A stretch of DNA of 64,000 bases from Candidatus Tidjanibacter faecipullorum (lineage in GTDB: Bacteria; Bacteroidota; Bacteroidia; Bacteroidales; Rikenellaceae): positions 152,950 through 216,949 of the forward strand of contig DXCC01000004.1 of assembly GCA_019116245.1 (NCBI GenBank). The letters run 5' to 3'. Positions within the stretch are counted from its first letter, which is position 1. The number at the start of each line of letters is the position of its first letter. The notes under the pieces were generated by a model, which saw only the letters and a program-made list of their open reading frames with translations, made no database searches and was not told the DNA's origin. A program made the translations under genes and the position numbers. This document shows positions 26,189 through 35,240 of the stretch, one piece after another.

Positions 26189-28276
26189 TTACGATTCCGG
26201 CGTATCGGCTGCCTGCGGGGCGGAATCCGGTTGCTGCGGAGCGGCAGCCGTTGCCTGTCCGGCCGCGGGCTCCGTTGCGGACGGCTCTGCGCCCTTCTCC
26301 GCCTCGGCCGGCTGTTGAGCCGACGCCTCGGCCTTGCGCTTCTCCTCGGCCTCCTGTTTGAGGTCCTTGATGCGCTTGCCGAAGATTCGCTCCAGATCCT
26401 CCGAGAAGACCACCTCCTTCTCCAGCAGCAGTTCGGCGAGTTGGGTGAAGCCCTCGCGATGCTCGGTCAGCACGCGGGTCGCCGTAGCGAACGCCTCCTC
26501 CATCAGCCGTTTCACCTCCTTGTCGATCAGTTCGGCCGTCTCCTCGCTGTAGGGTTTTCCCAGCGACATCTCGGACTGGCCCGACGAATCGTAGTAGCTC
26601 ATGTTGCCCACCTTGTCGCTCATACCCAAATAGGCCACCATCGAATAGGCCCGCTTGGTAGCCACCTCCAGGTCGTTCAGCGCGCCCGAGCCAAGCGTGT
26701 GGAAGACCAGCTGTTCGGCCGCACGACCGCCGAGGGTCGAGGCCAGTTCGTCCATCAGCTGCTCGCGGGTGGTCACCTGCCGCTCCTCGGGCAGATACCA
26801 GGCCGCACCGAGCGCACGGCCGCGCGGAATGATGGTCACCTTGATCAGCGGATTGGCATGTTCGAGCAGCCAGCTTACCGTGGCATGACCCGCCTCGTGA
26901 TAGGCGATGAGCCGTTTCTCCTCGGGCGTGATGATCATGTTGCGCCGCTCGAGGCCGCCCACGATCCGGTCAATGGCACTGAGGAAATCCTCGCGCTCGA
27001 CAAACTTCTTGTTGTGACGGGCCGCAATCAGCGCCGCCTCGTTGCAGACATTGGCAATGTCGGCGCCGGAGAAACCGGGGGTCTGCTTGGCCAGGAAGGC
27101 CCGATCCAGATTGGGATCGAGTTTCAGTTTGCGCAGGTGCACCTCGAAAATTTCCTCCCGCTCCTTGATATCGGGCAGGCCCACCTCGATCTGACGGTCG
27201 AAACGGCCGGCACGCATGAGGGCCTTGTCGAGAATGTCGGCCCGGTTCGTGGCGGCCAGAATGATGACGCCCGAATTGGTCCCGAAACCGTCCATCTCCG
27301 TAAGCAGCTGGTTGAGGGTATTCTCGCGCTCGTCGTTGCTCGAGAAGCCCACGTTCTTGCTGCGGGCCCGGCCCACGGCGTCGATCTCGTCGATGAACAC
27401 GATGCAGGGAGCCTTCTCCTTGGCCTGACGGAAGAGGTCACGCACACGCGACGCACCCACGCCGACAAACATCTCGACGAAGTCCGAACCGCTCATCGAC
27501 AGGAACGGCACGTTGGCCTCACCGGCCACCGCCTTCGCCAGCAGGGTCTTGCCCGTTCCGGGAGGACCCACCAACAGGGCGCCTTTGGGAATCTTGCCGC
27601 CCAGTTCACGGTATTTCTGCGGATTGCGGAGGAAATCGACGATCTCCATCACCTCCACCTTGGCCTCCTCGAGGCCGGCCACATCCTTGAAGGTGATCTT
27701 GTCCTTGTTATCCTGATCGAACATCTGCGCCCGGGCCTTGCCGACGTTGAATACGCCGCCCTGACCGCCCGCTCCCCCCTTGGAGGCATTGCGCATCATC
27801 ACGATGAAGAAAATCATGAGCAGGATGAAGGGCAGGAAACTGAGCACGTCCATCCAGATGTTCCGTTTGGTCTCGTAGGTCAGCAGCACCGACTGGCCGG
27901 ACTGCTCCTCCACCCGGTCGAGATCCTGCCGGAAGGTTGCCACATCGCCGATATTGAAGACGAACTGGGTGCCCCGCCGCGGAATCGTACGGTACTGTTG
28001 CTGGGAGGTATATTTTTCCACCGCCTCGGCCCGGAGCCGCACGTTGGCCTGTTCCTTGTTTACGACCTCGATGCTCTCCACGTCGCCTGCGGCGATCATC
28101 TTCTCCACATCGTTCCAGTTGGTCTTGACCGGTGCTTCACCGCTGCCAAGCCACGACCAGCCTATGATCAAGAGAAACAGCAAGCCGTAGATCCACATGC
28201 CGATGCCGCCCATCGGCCGGACCGGCGGCATGCGTCTGCCGCCATTCTGTTTGTTGTTCTGTTCTTTAGAAGCCAT
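26189..28276 (-). CDS. ftsH: ATP-dependent zinc metalloprotease FtsH
   Basis: [17 protein letters not shown] (Walker A) and HEAGHA zinc site. 695 aa with an A/E/P/Q-rich C-terminal tail. Confidence 0.97.
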   Translation of the reverse strand: MASKEQNNKQNGGRRMPPVRPMGGIGMWIYGLLFLLIIGWSWLGSGEAPVKTNWNDVEKMIAAGDVESIEVVNKEQANVRLRAEAVEKYTSQQQYRTIPRRGTQFVFNIGDVATFRQDLDRVEEQSGQSVLLTYETKRNIWMDVLSFLPFILLMIFFIVMMRNASKGGAGGQGGVFNVGKARAQMFDQDNKDKITFKDVAGLEEAKVEVMEIVDFLRNPQKYRELGGKIPKGALLVGPPGTGKTLLAKAVAGEANVPFLSMSGSDFVEMFVGVGASRVRDLFRQAKEKAPCIVFIDEIDAVGRARSKNVGFSSNDERENTLNQLLTEMDGFGTNSGVIILAATNRADILDKALMRAGRFDRQIEVGLPDIKEREEIFEVHLRKLKLDPNLDRAFLAKQTPGFSGADIANVCNEAALIAARHNKKFVEREDFLSAIDRIVGGLERRNMIITPEEKRLIAYHEAGHATVSWLLEHANPLIKVTIIPRGRALGAAWYLPEERQVTTREQLMDELASTLGGRAAEQLVFHTLGSGALNDLEVATKRAYSMVAYLGMSDKVGNMSYYDSSGQSEMSLGKPYSEETAELIDKEVKRLMEEAFATATRVLTEHREGFTQLAELLLEKEVVFSEDLERIFGKRIKDLKQEAEEKRKAEASAQQPAEAEKGAEPSATEPAAGQATAAAPQQPDSAPQAADTPES

Positions 28277-28345
28277 TCTTTTGGGGTTACTTGTTGCCGT
28301 ACGTCTTGCCGCACGCGAGATAATAACGCATCCTCCGGCGATTTA

Positions 28346-28699
28346 TTACGCCTCCCATTCGCCGTAACGGGTCGAAGGCGCATCGGCCCACAGCTCCTCG
28401 AGCCGGTAGAACTCGCGCGCCTGGGTCTGGAAGATGTGCACCATGACATCCATGTAGTCCACCACGACCCACACGGCATTCTGGAGTCCCTCGATCCGGC
28501 GGGGTTTCTCGCCCAGCGTCTCGAGCACCTTCTCCTCAATGCCGTCGGCAATGGCGGCCACCTGGGTGGTCGACTCGGCGCTGCACACCACGAACGCATC
28601 CGTAATGGCGCCGTCGATACCGGTCAGGTCGATCGACAATATGTTGTGTCCTTTCTTGTCTTCGATCGCCGAGACGATCGTTTCCAGCAATTTATCCAT
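28346..28699 (-). CDS. rsfS: Ribosome silencing factor RsfS
   Basis: 117 aa with DYMDVMVHIFQTQAREFYRLEELW. It lies directly upstream of ftsH. Confidence 0.9.
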   Translation of the reverse strand: MDKLLETIVSAIEDKKGHNILSIDLTGIDGAITDAFVVCSAESTTQVAAIADGIEEKVLETLGEKPRRIEGLQNAVWVVVDYMDVMVHIFQTQAREFYRLEELWADAPSTRYGEWEA

Positions 28700-28763
28700 A
28701 GTCGGTATTCAATAACTTGTTTCAGCCCGCTCCGGACGGCCCCGTCCGGGAACGCGAAGGGGA

Positions 28764-28771
28764 CAAAGGTA
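28764..28771 (-). promoter_or_regulatory. Bacteroidota-type -7 promoter box (TAnnTTTG)
   Basis: Exact TACCTTTG on the minus strand, 64 nt upstream of the rsfS ATG. Confidence 0.5.
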
Positions 28772-28814
28772 CGTTTTTTTCACCACATACGCACGCCGCG
28801 CCGGCCCGGAGTTG

Positions 28815-29711
28815 CTACGACTCCAGCTTCGGCGCCACGGCCGCAACCGATTCGTGCAGCTTGCGCACGATCGAATCCTTCACATAGGTACGCCGGACCG
28901 CGATGGCAATCTTGCGCGACACGGCTCCCTTGGCCAGCGGTTTCACCTGACTGCGGTGCTCCTGGGGCACGTAAGGCACCGCCATGGCCGGAATGATCGT
29001 CATGAAATCGGTGTTGTCCACAATCCGCATGAGGGTCTCCAGCGAGCCGCTCTCGAAATAGTAGGAGCCGTGCCCGCCGCGCGAAGGGCACAGGTCGAGG
29101 ATCTGGTCGCGGAAACAGTGTCCCTCTGAGAGCAACAACATCTCCTTCAGGTCGAGATCCTCGATCCGCACGTTGGCCCGCTCGTAGAGGCGGTGTTCGG
29201 GCGACACGTAGGCAAAAAAGCGGTCATCGAACACACAGTCCTCGCTGATCCCCTCAGGGCAGGTACCTCCGGCCAGAATGGCGGCGTCGATCTCGTCGTG
29301 CTCCATGGCCCGGACGATTTGGGGCGTAATCATCTCCTTGATTTCGAGATGGACATCGGGACACCGCTGGGCAAAGTCCTGCACCATGCAGGGCAGCAGA
29401 TAGGGCGCGATGGTCGGGATCACCCCCAGCCGCAGCACACCCGACACGGTTCCTTTCAGTTCGGCCACATCCTCGTACACCGAGTTGAATACCCGGACGG
29501 CATCGCGCGCCCGCGCCACGACCGCCTCGCCGGCCTGGGTCAGCACGACCGGCTTCTTGGAACGGTCGAGCAGCACGACGCCCAGCTCCTCCTCCAGATT
29601 CTTGATCTGCATGCTCAGCGACGGCTGCGTGACGAAACAGCGCTCGGCGGCCTGCGAAAAGCTGCCGAAATTGGCAACGGCCAACAGATATTCCAGTTGA
29701 ACGATGGTCAT
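28815..29711 (-). CDS. oxyR: LysR-family peroxide-sensing regulator OxyR
   Basis: N-terminal LysR HTH (IVQLEYLLAVANFGSFSQAAERCFVTQPSLSMQIKNLEEELG). Redox cysteine pair in the OxyR context: LLLSEGHCFRDQILDLCPS, with the cysteines separated by 8 residues as for E. coli C199/C208. Confidence 0.85.
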   Translation of the reverse strand: MTIVQLEYLLAVANFGSFSQAAERCFVTQPSLSMQIKNLEEELGVVLLDRSKKPVVLTQAGEAVVARARDAVRVFNSVYEDVAELKGTVSGVLRLGVIPTIAPYLLPCMVQDFAQRCPDVHLEIKEMITPQIVRAMEHDEIDAAILAGGTCPEGISEDCVFDDRFFAYVSPEHRLYERANVRIEDLDLKEMLLLSEGHCFRDQILDLCPSRGGHGSYYFESGSLETLMRIVDNTDFMTIIPAMAVPYVPQEHRSQVKPLAKGAVSRKIAIAVRRTYVKDSIVRKLHESVAAVAPKLES

Positions 29712-29734
29712 ACCTACAAACTTATCATGAGTTG

Positions 29735-29742
29735 CAAATATA
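29735..29742 (-). promoter_or_regulatory. Bacteroidota-type -7 promoter box (TAnnTTTG)
   Basis: Exact TATATTTG on the minus strand, 23 nt upstream of the oxyR ATG, in an AT-rich stretch. Confidence 0.55.
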
Positions 29743-29813
29743 TCAAATTATCCTATGCAAAACAACAGCGAATCTCCCTTTCCGCGCGTCGTTTTTCGCC
29801 GCATCGCCCGTTT

Positions 29814-30446
29814 TTACAGCACACCGGCCGCCTCAAACAGCCGGCGATAGACGGCCGCCTTCTCCTCCAGCGGCTTCGGGTAGGCGCGCGAGGAGGAGGG
29901 CATCCGCCAGAACTGCACGGTGCGCCCCGCCAGCGTCACCTCCACGCAGCCCCCCACCGGAGGCTGTACGCAACCGACTGCCCCGGCGAACGTATCGGCC
30001 GCCCTCTGCCCCGTGACGGCCACCGCGCGACATGCCGGCAACCTACCGAGCAGTTCGGCCGGATCGACCGGCCGCACCACCTCCAGAAACTTGTCCGACG
30101 CATTGTCGCGCGTGCGGATCACCTCCGCCGCCGTGTCGTAGAGGGCAATGCCCCGCTCCCGGCAGAAGGCGACGATCCGCTCCCGGTCAAACCGGCGGCT
30201 GCCCGGCACGACAAACCGGTCGAGGTCCCCGAAGAAGACCGTCCCCACGATCCGCCACATGTCGTTCTGGAAATTGGGGTAAAAAAACTCCATCGACCAC
30301 CGTTCCCGCTTGGGCGGGAAACTGCCCAACATGAGCAGCCGTGCCCCGGCGGGCAGAAAGGGCTGCAGGGGATGGGTTTCCGCCACCCCGCCCGCGGGAC
30401 GTTCCTCCGCCCGCGGCGCCGTATGCTGTTTCTCCATAGGTACCAT
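29814..30446 (-). CDS. Uracil-DNA glycosylase superfamily protein, probably DNA-deoxyinosine (hypoxanthine) glycosylase type
   Basis: HPLQPFLPAGARLLMLGSFPPKRERWSMEFFYPNFQNDMWRIVG matches the N-terminal pattern of that UDG subfamily, from memory. Confidence 0.65.
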   Translation of the reverse strand: MVPMEKQHTAPRAEERPAGGVAETHPLQPFLPAGARLLMLGSFPPKRERWSMEFFYPNFQNDMWRIVGTVFFGDLDRFVVPGSRRFDRERIVAFCRERGIALYDTAAEVIRTRDNASDKFLEVVRPVDPAELLGRLPACRAVAVTGQRAADTFAGAVGCVQPPVGGCVEVTLAGRTVQFWRMPSSSRAYPKPLEEKAAVYRRLFEAAGVL

Positions 30447-30454
30447 GTGTTATT

Positions 30455-31543
30455 TCATTTGGGCCCGCAATCGGGCACTTCGCCGGTCAGGGTCTCATCG
30501 TCCGGCCGCCCGGCATGGCGCAGCCGGTTGGCCTCCACCCGTTCGGCCGACGTATTGGCATAACAGTAGACGCACCCGTGGGGACAGGTATCGTACGCCC
30601 CCACATCGACGCTCGCCGCACAGCCGCACCCGGGACGCTGTCCCGCAGCCGCCCGCCGGCGCACACGCCGCACCCGCACCCCGTCGCCCGACCAGACCGG
30701 CCGGTCGTCCGCGACCGGTTCCGCGCCGAACAGGGAGGGCTCGTCGCGCTCGACCGCCAGCCCCAGCGCCTCCATCAGCGGTTGGTCATCATGCGCCAGC
30801 CGGGCCATGAGCGCCTCGTCCACACACCGGCCGTGCTCCACGTCCCACGCCGACAGATCCGCCGCCTCGGCACAGGTCTCCAGCCGAAAGCCCCACCGGC
30901 CGTTCAGTTCGGCCAGTCCGGCAGCCCACCGCGCCATCTCCTCAGGCTGCCATTCGCGCCAGCCGCCACCCGTTCCGTCCAGCCGCCGACGCACCTTGCG
31001 GTAAGGGGCAATGTCCGCAAAACTGAACACCAGCCTTTCGGTGGCACCGTGCAGCCGATCGCCGATGCGGGCCGTACGCTCCAGCAGCTCCTCCACCCCC
31101 AGCCGGTCCGAAATCATCAGCGGATCGGCCCGCCAGATGACCCGCTCGGGCCCCAGCCGGTCGGCCAGGCGGAGAAAAGTCTCCATGCGCCGGTCCAGCG
31201 GCGGCACGCCGGGTTCCAACTCCTCCCGAACGTAATCGTTGAGCGTATATTGCACATAGCAGTCCAGACCGCGGCCGTGCAACTCATCCAGCCGGGCGAG
31301 CAGCGGTGCCGGATTCTTCGACCAGAAGACAATGAACCGGGTGGCCTCATAGGAGATACGGCTCCACCGACCGTTGAACGGATTGCGGCAGGCCGAATAG
31401 CCGGCCCGCAGCCGCCCGAAGAACCAGTCGGCATAAAAGGCCGGCAAATCACACCGGCGACTGGCCGACACGACGACCGGCCGACGGACCGCCACCCGGC
31501 TCTCGTCTCCGCACCTCACCTCCTGTTGCTCTTCCTGTCGCAT
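30455..31543 (-). CDS. DUF1848-type protein with a C-terminal CX3CX2C cysteine cluster
   Basis: VVVSASRRCDLPAFYADWFFGRLRAGY...FIVFWSKNP...CGCAASVDVGAYDTCPHGCVYCYAN. Start placed at ATG 31543; a GTG slightly further in is also possible. The ORF-track TTG start at 31642 would contain the adh terminator hairpin. Confidence 0.65.
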   Translation of the reverse strand: MRQEEQQEVRCGDESRVAVRRPVVVSASRRCDLPAFYADWFFGRLRAGYSACRNPFNGRWSRISYEATRFIVFWSKNPAPLLARLDELHGRGLDCYVQYTLNDYVREELEPGVPPLDRRMETFLRLADRLGPERVIWRADPLMISDRLGVEELLERTARIGDRLHGATERLVFSFADIAPYRKVRRRLDGTGGGWREWQPEEMARWAAGLAELNGRWGFRLETCAEAADLSAWDVEHGRCVDEALMARLAHDDQPLMEALGLAVERDEPSLFGAEPVADDRPVWSGDGVRVRRVRRRAAAGQRPGCGCAASVDVGAYDTCPHGCVYCYANTSAERVEANRLRHAGRPDDETLTGEVPDCGPK

Positions 31544-31571
31544 GCTGTCCACGCCCCGCCTTCCCCGCCTC

Positions 31572-31614
31572 CGCAAACAACCGCTCCGTCCGACGCATTC
31601 GCCAGACGGAGCGG
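31572..31614 (-). terminator. Terminator-like hairpin downstream of the alcohol dehydrogenase gene
   Basis: On the minus strand, a 10-bp stem CCGCTCCGTC/GACGGAGCGG followed by TTGTTTG. Confidence 0.5.
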
Positions 31615-31648
31615 GTAAGCACAAGGACGAGCCCCAACGCAATCCGTT

Positions 31649-32794
31649 CTACTTAACGGCCTCGAGAATCTGACGAGCCACGGTGCCGTTCACATTGTGT
31701 CCCTCACCGAAGGCCACGCCTCGCTCGTTGAAGCGGCGCTCGATCTCCAGAATGGTATCTTCGCCGATCCCCACCTCGTGCAGGCGGGTCTGCAGGCCGA
31801 GCGAGCGGAAGAAGTTTTCCGTCGCATCGATCGTCCGGGCGGCACGCTCCTCGGGCGTACCGTCGTGGATGCCCCACACCCGTTCGCCATACTGCAGGAT
31901 CTTGCCCATCTTCTGGTCGCGCAGCACTTTCAGCAGACCGGGAAAGACGATCGCCAGCGTGTGGCCGTGCGTCAGACCGTTGATGGCGGTCAGCTCGTGA
32001 CCGATCTGGTGGGTAGCCCAGTCCTCCGTCACGCCCATCGCGATGAAACCGTTAAGGCCCATCGTCGCGCACAGCATGTAGTTCGCCATGCTGTCGTAGT
32101 CGTCCGCATGCTCCAGCACCGACGGGGCAATCTCCACCAGCGTCTGCAGGATGCCTTCGCTCCAGCGGTCCATCAGCGGCGACTCGCCCGTCACGGTCAT
32201 GTACTGCTCCATGACGTGGATGAAAGTGTCGGCCATGCCGGCCGCACGCTGGTACCTGGGCAGCGAGAAGGTCGTCTGTGGATCGAGAATCGAGAAGCGC
32301 GGATAATCGACCTTCATGCCGAATTTCTCTTTGGTTTCAATGCTCGAAATGACCGCATTGCGGTTCATCTCCGAGGCCGTTGCCGGCAGGGTCATCACGT
32401 CGCCGAAGGGCAGGATCTCGCCGATCAGCGCATTGTTGCGCACCAGATCCCATGCGTCGCCGTGATACTTCACGGCCGCCGCGATCAGCTTCGTGCCGTC
32501 CAGCACGCTGCCGCCGCCCACCGCCAGCAGAAAGTCGACCCCCCAGCGCCGGCACTGCTCGACGGCCTTGCGCAGGGTCTCGATCTTCGGGTTCGGCTCG
32601 ATGCCCCAGAACTCGATGTAGTCGCGCCCCTTCAGTGCGGCCGTGACCTGCTCATAGACACCGTTTTTCTTCACACTGCCGCCGCCGAACGTCACCATCA
32701 GCTTGCAGCCGGCCGGAATCTCGTCGGCCAGACGTGCGATCGTTCCCTTGCCGAAGATCAGCTTCGTGGGGTTTCTGAAAACAAAGTTATTCAT
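31649..32794 (-). CDS. Iron-containing (group III) alcohol dehydrogenase, YqhD/BdhA-like
   Basis: 381 aa with GGGSVLDGTKLIAAA and the histidine-rich metal-site region (HVMEQY...HQIGHELT...HGHTLA). Confidence 0.85.
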   Translation of the reverse strand: MNNFVFRNPTKLIFGKGTIARLADEIPAGCKLMVTFGGGSVKKNGVYEQVTAALKGRDYIEFWGIEPNPKIETLRKAVEQCRRWGVDFLLAVGGGSVLDGTKLIAAAVKYHGDAWDLVRNNALIGEILPFGDVMTLPATASEMNRNAVISSIETKEKFGMKVDYPRFSILDPQTTFSLPRYQRAAGMADTFIHVMEQYMTVTGESPLMDRWSEGILQTLVEIAPSVLEHADDYDSMANYMLCATMGLNGFIAMGVTEDWATHQIGHELTAINGLTHGHTLAIVFPGLLKVLRDQKMGKILQYGERVWGIHDGTPEERAARTIDATENFFRSLGLQTRLHEVGIGEDTILEIERRFNERGVAFGEGHNVNGTVARQILEAVK

Positions 32795-32846
32795 CGTTCT
32801 CTTCTCCTATTTCGTTTGGTTGATTGTTGCGGAATGGGCTGTGCCG

Positions 32847-33368
32847 CTACTGCTCGGGAATCCGGACATAGATCCGCTCGATGGCACAGATATAGATATA
32901 GTGGAAATCCTGCTCGGGATACCAGACGTCGATCAGCGTCTTGTCCAGGAACTCGGCAGGCCCGAAGCGGTCGCGGTAGAGCTTGCGGCACTCCATCACC
33001 AGCTCGGCGCCTTCGATGAAAGGGGTTCCCTCGGGGGTCAGCCCCACGCTCAGCCCCGCATTGGCGATCTTGTCCTCGTTGCGTCCGCTGTGCGAGCCGC
33101 AGTAGGTCAGCGCCTGGCGGAACTCCTCGCCCATGAAGGAGAGGGTCAGCCGCTCCCGGGCATCAATGAACTCACGCGTGTAGCGCTGCGGACGGATGTA
33201 GACGGTTGCCGCCGGGGTTCCCCATACGAATCCGATGCCGCCCCAGCTGGCCGTCATCGTATCGCACTTTTCGCCGTCGCCGGCCGTCACGAGCATCCAC
33301 TGATTGCTGATTCTGTCGACCACATTGCCTTCCATCTTGTCGACAGGCACTACGCTATAACCTTTCAT
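32847..33368 (-). CDS. Flavin reductase-like (FMN-binding split-barrel) protein
   Basis: 173 aa. ISNQWMLVTAGDGEKCDTMTASWGGIGFVWGTPAATVYIRPQRYT is typical of the flavin reductase family. Confidence 0.7.
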   Translation of the reverse strand: MKGYSVVPVDKMEGNVVDRISNQWMLVTAGDGEKCDTMTASWGGIGFVWGTPAATVYIRPQRYTREFIDARERLTLSFMGEEFRQALTYCGSHSGRNEDKIANAGLSVGLTPEGTPFIEGAELVMECRKLYRDRFGPAEFLDKTLIDVWYPEQDFHYIYICAIERIYVRIPEQ

Positions 33369-33598
33369 ATCCGTTCGTTTTTAGGTTCGACAATGCCCCG
33401 CTTCCGTCTCCGCCGGAGCACCCCACCGGGTCTGGCGAACGACGCCTTGCCAGGGGATGCGACCGGGTTCGGACGGGCGGATCGCATCGCGGCATCGTTC
33501 CCTTTCTGTAAAGATACGATTTTTCCCGCAACAACAGGCTGTGCCCGTATTTCTTCATATTTTTTTTGTGTAAAATTTGCAGATCCGTTTTTTTCATA

Positions 33599-33606
33599 TA
33601 CCTTTG
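33599..33606 (+). promoter_or_regulatory. Bacteroidota-type -7 promoter box (TAnnTTTG)
   Basis: Exact TACCTTTG, 33 nt upstream of tRNA-Glu(UUC). It probably drives tRNA-Glu and rpsT together. Confidence 0.55.
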
Positions 33607-33639
33607 CACCGCGAAAGTTCCCAAGGAACGATCCCTGAT

Positions 33640-33711
33640 GGCCCATTCGTCTATCGGCTAGGACGCAAGATTTTCATTCTTGAAAGAGGAGTTCGATTCT
33701 CCTATGGGCTA
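33640..33711 (+). tRNA. tRNA-Glu (anticodon UUC), CCA not encoded
   Basis: Folded by hand: GGCCCAT TC GTCT-ATCGGCT-AGGAC G CAAGA TTTTCAT TCTTG AAAG AGGAG TTCGATT CTCCT ATGGGCT A. It has a G1.U72 wobble. Confidence 0.85.
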
Positions 33712-33740
33712 CAAACGATTTCAATAAGGAAAACAAAGAT

Positions 33741-33992
33741 ATGGCAAACTGCAAATCTGCAATCAAAAGAATTCGTCAGACTGAGGCTCACCGCCTTCAG
33801 AACAAATATTATCACAAGACTGCCCGCAACGCTGTGAAAGCTCTGCGCAACACGACGGACAAAGCCGCTGCAGAAGCATTGCTTCCGAAGGTAACGGCCA
33901 TGCTCGACAAGCTCGCCAAGAAGAACGTGATCCACGCCAACAAGGCAGGCAACCTGAAGGGCAGCATTCAGAAGCACGTCAACAACCTGTAA
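33741..33992 (+). CDS. rpsT: 30S ribosomal protein S20
   Basis: [36 protein letters not shown] is canonical S20. Confidence 0.95.
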   Translation: MANCKSAIKRIRQTEAHRLQNKYYHKTARNAVKALRNTTDKAAAEALLPKVTAMLDKLAKKNVIHANKAGNLKGSIQKHVNNL

Positions 33993-34024
33993 TCGCCGCG
34001 ACGCCGAGGCGTCCGACAACATAC

Positions 34025-34053
34025 AAGGGTATGCGGTACGCATACCCTTTTCG
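34025..34053 (+). terminator. Rho-independent terminator downstream of rpsT
   Basis: 11-bp stem AAGGGTATGCG-GTA-CGCATACCCTT followed by TTCG (short T-run). Confidence 0.6.
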
Positions 34054-34187
34054 CGTTACGGCCTGCCCGATCGCATCACCGCGATTCGGAAGCAGATTCC
34101 GTATCGGCCGGACGGTCCCGGCGGCGGGCTGCCGATTCGGGCCCAACGGGATCGGTTCCTCCGACACGGCCCAGGATATGGAAAGAC

Positions 34188-34235
34188 AACGCCCCGCATG
34201 ACCTGAACAGGAGATGCGGGGCGTTCCATATTTTT
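34188..34235. terminator. Hairpin terminator downstream of nfo (possibly bidirectional)
   Basis: 12-bp stem AACGCCCCGCAT/ATGCGGGGCGTT. There is a T-run (CCATATTTTT) on the plus strand and GTCTTTCC on the minus strand. Confidence 0.55.
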
Positions 34236-34248
34236 CCGTGCCGCACGG

Positions 34249-35103
34249 TCACCGCACGCCGGCAGCGAAGTCGCGCAGCAGGGCGATCTCGGCCGGCCAG
34301 CGGTCGGGATCGGGAGTTTCGAGCACCAGCGGAATGCCGTCGAAACGGGCATCCGCCGCGATATAGCGGAAAGCCTCCAGACCAATGTGTCCCTCGCCCA
34401 GCGGCGCGTGGCGATCAACCCGGCTGCCCAGCGGTTTCATGGCATCGTTGAGGTGCATGCCCCGCAGGTAGCTCAGCGGGACAATGGCGTCGAGCCGGGC
34501 AAAGGTCTCCTCGCAGGCAGCCGCCGTCGAAAGGTCGTAACCGGCCGCGAAGGCGTGGCATGTGTCGATGCAGTAGCCCACGCGCGACTTGTCCTCCACC
34601 CGGTCGATGATATAGGCCAGATGCTCGAAGGCAAAGCCGACGTTGGATCCCTGCCCTGCCGTATTCTCGATGACGGCCGTCACGCCGCGGGTGCGGTCGA
34701 GCGCCAGGTTGATGCTCTCGGCCACCCGGTCGAGACACGCCTCGACCGTAATCTTGCCCAGGTGGCTGCCCGGGTGAAAATTGAGCCGGTCCAGTCCCAG
34801 CTGCTCGCACCGGCTCATCTCCTCAATGAACGCCTCGCGCGACTTCTGCAGCCCCTCTGCCTCGGGATGGCCGAGGTTGATCAGGTAGCTGTCGTGGGGC
34901 AGAATGGACTGCGGCACATAGCCGCACTCGGCGCAAGTCCGCCGGAAGGCTTCGACGGTCTCCGCGTCGAGCGGCGCGGCGTGCCACTGCCGCTGATTCT
35001 TCGTGAAGAGGGCGAACCCGCCGGCCCCGATGGCCCGGGCATTCAGCGGGGCGTTCTGCACACCGCCCGACGCGCTGACATGGGCTCCGAAAAACTTTTC
35101 CAT
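34249..35103 (-). CDS. nfo: Deoxyribonuclease IV (endonuclease IV)
   Basis: [26 protein letters not shown] and GMHLNDA motifs; 284 aa. Confidence 0.92.
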   Translation of the reverse strand: MEKFFGAHVSASGGVQNAPLNARAIGAGGFALFTKNQRQWHAAPLDAETVEAFRRTCAECGYVPQSILPHDSYLINLGHPEAEGLQKSREAFIEEMSRCEQLGLDRLNFHPGSHLGKITVEACLDRVAESINLALDRTRGVTAVIENTAGQGSNVGFAFEHLAYIIDRVEDKSRVGYCIDTCHAFAAGYDLSTAAACEETFARLDAIVPLSYLRGMHLNDAMKPLGSRVDRHAPLGEGHIGLEAFRYIAADARFDGIPLVLETPDPDRWPAEIALLRDFAAGVR

Positions 35104-35123
35104 ACGTTAGTAAGTAAACGACA

Positions 35124-35131
35124 CAAAAATA
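35124..35131 (-). promoter_or_regulatory. Bacteroidota-type -7 promoter box (TAnnTTTG)
   Basis: Exact TATTTTTG on the minus strand, 20 nt upstream of the nfo ATG. Confidence 0.55.
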
Positions 35132-35204
35132 TCGTTTTTACGACAATCTGCTGCCCGAGGCAGGCTCTTTCCGTTTTCCGCCGTTCCATTTATATAGTTT
35201 TTAC

Positions 35205-35212
35205 TACTTTTG
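35205..35212 (+). promoter_or_regulatory. Bacteroidota-type -7 promoter box (TAnnTTTG)
   Basis: Exact TACTTTTG, 28 nt upstream of the DUF3078 gene ATG. Confidence 0.55.
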
Positions 35213-35240
35213 TTTCGACCAACCCTCAATACCTGTTATC

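Noticed and set aside
26129-28996. A 955-codon plus-strand ORF, and similar long antisense or alternative-frame ORFs (8972-10930, 10689-12296, 23201-25030, 31697-33019, 37987-40233, 43587-45506, 47156-48784, 16863-18152, 19194-20705, among others).
   Set aside because: Each lies fully inside or opposite a gene with strong family motifs (ftsH/rsfS, lptD, dcp, perM/psd, adh, the ABC importer, argS, dxs, cysQ, the BACON gene). Their amino-acid composition is typical of GC-rich out-of-frame translation.
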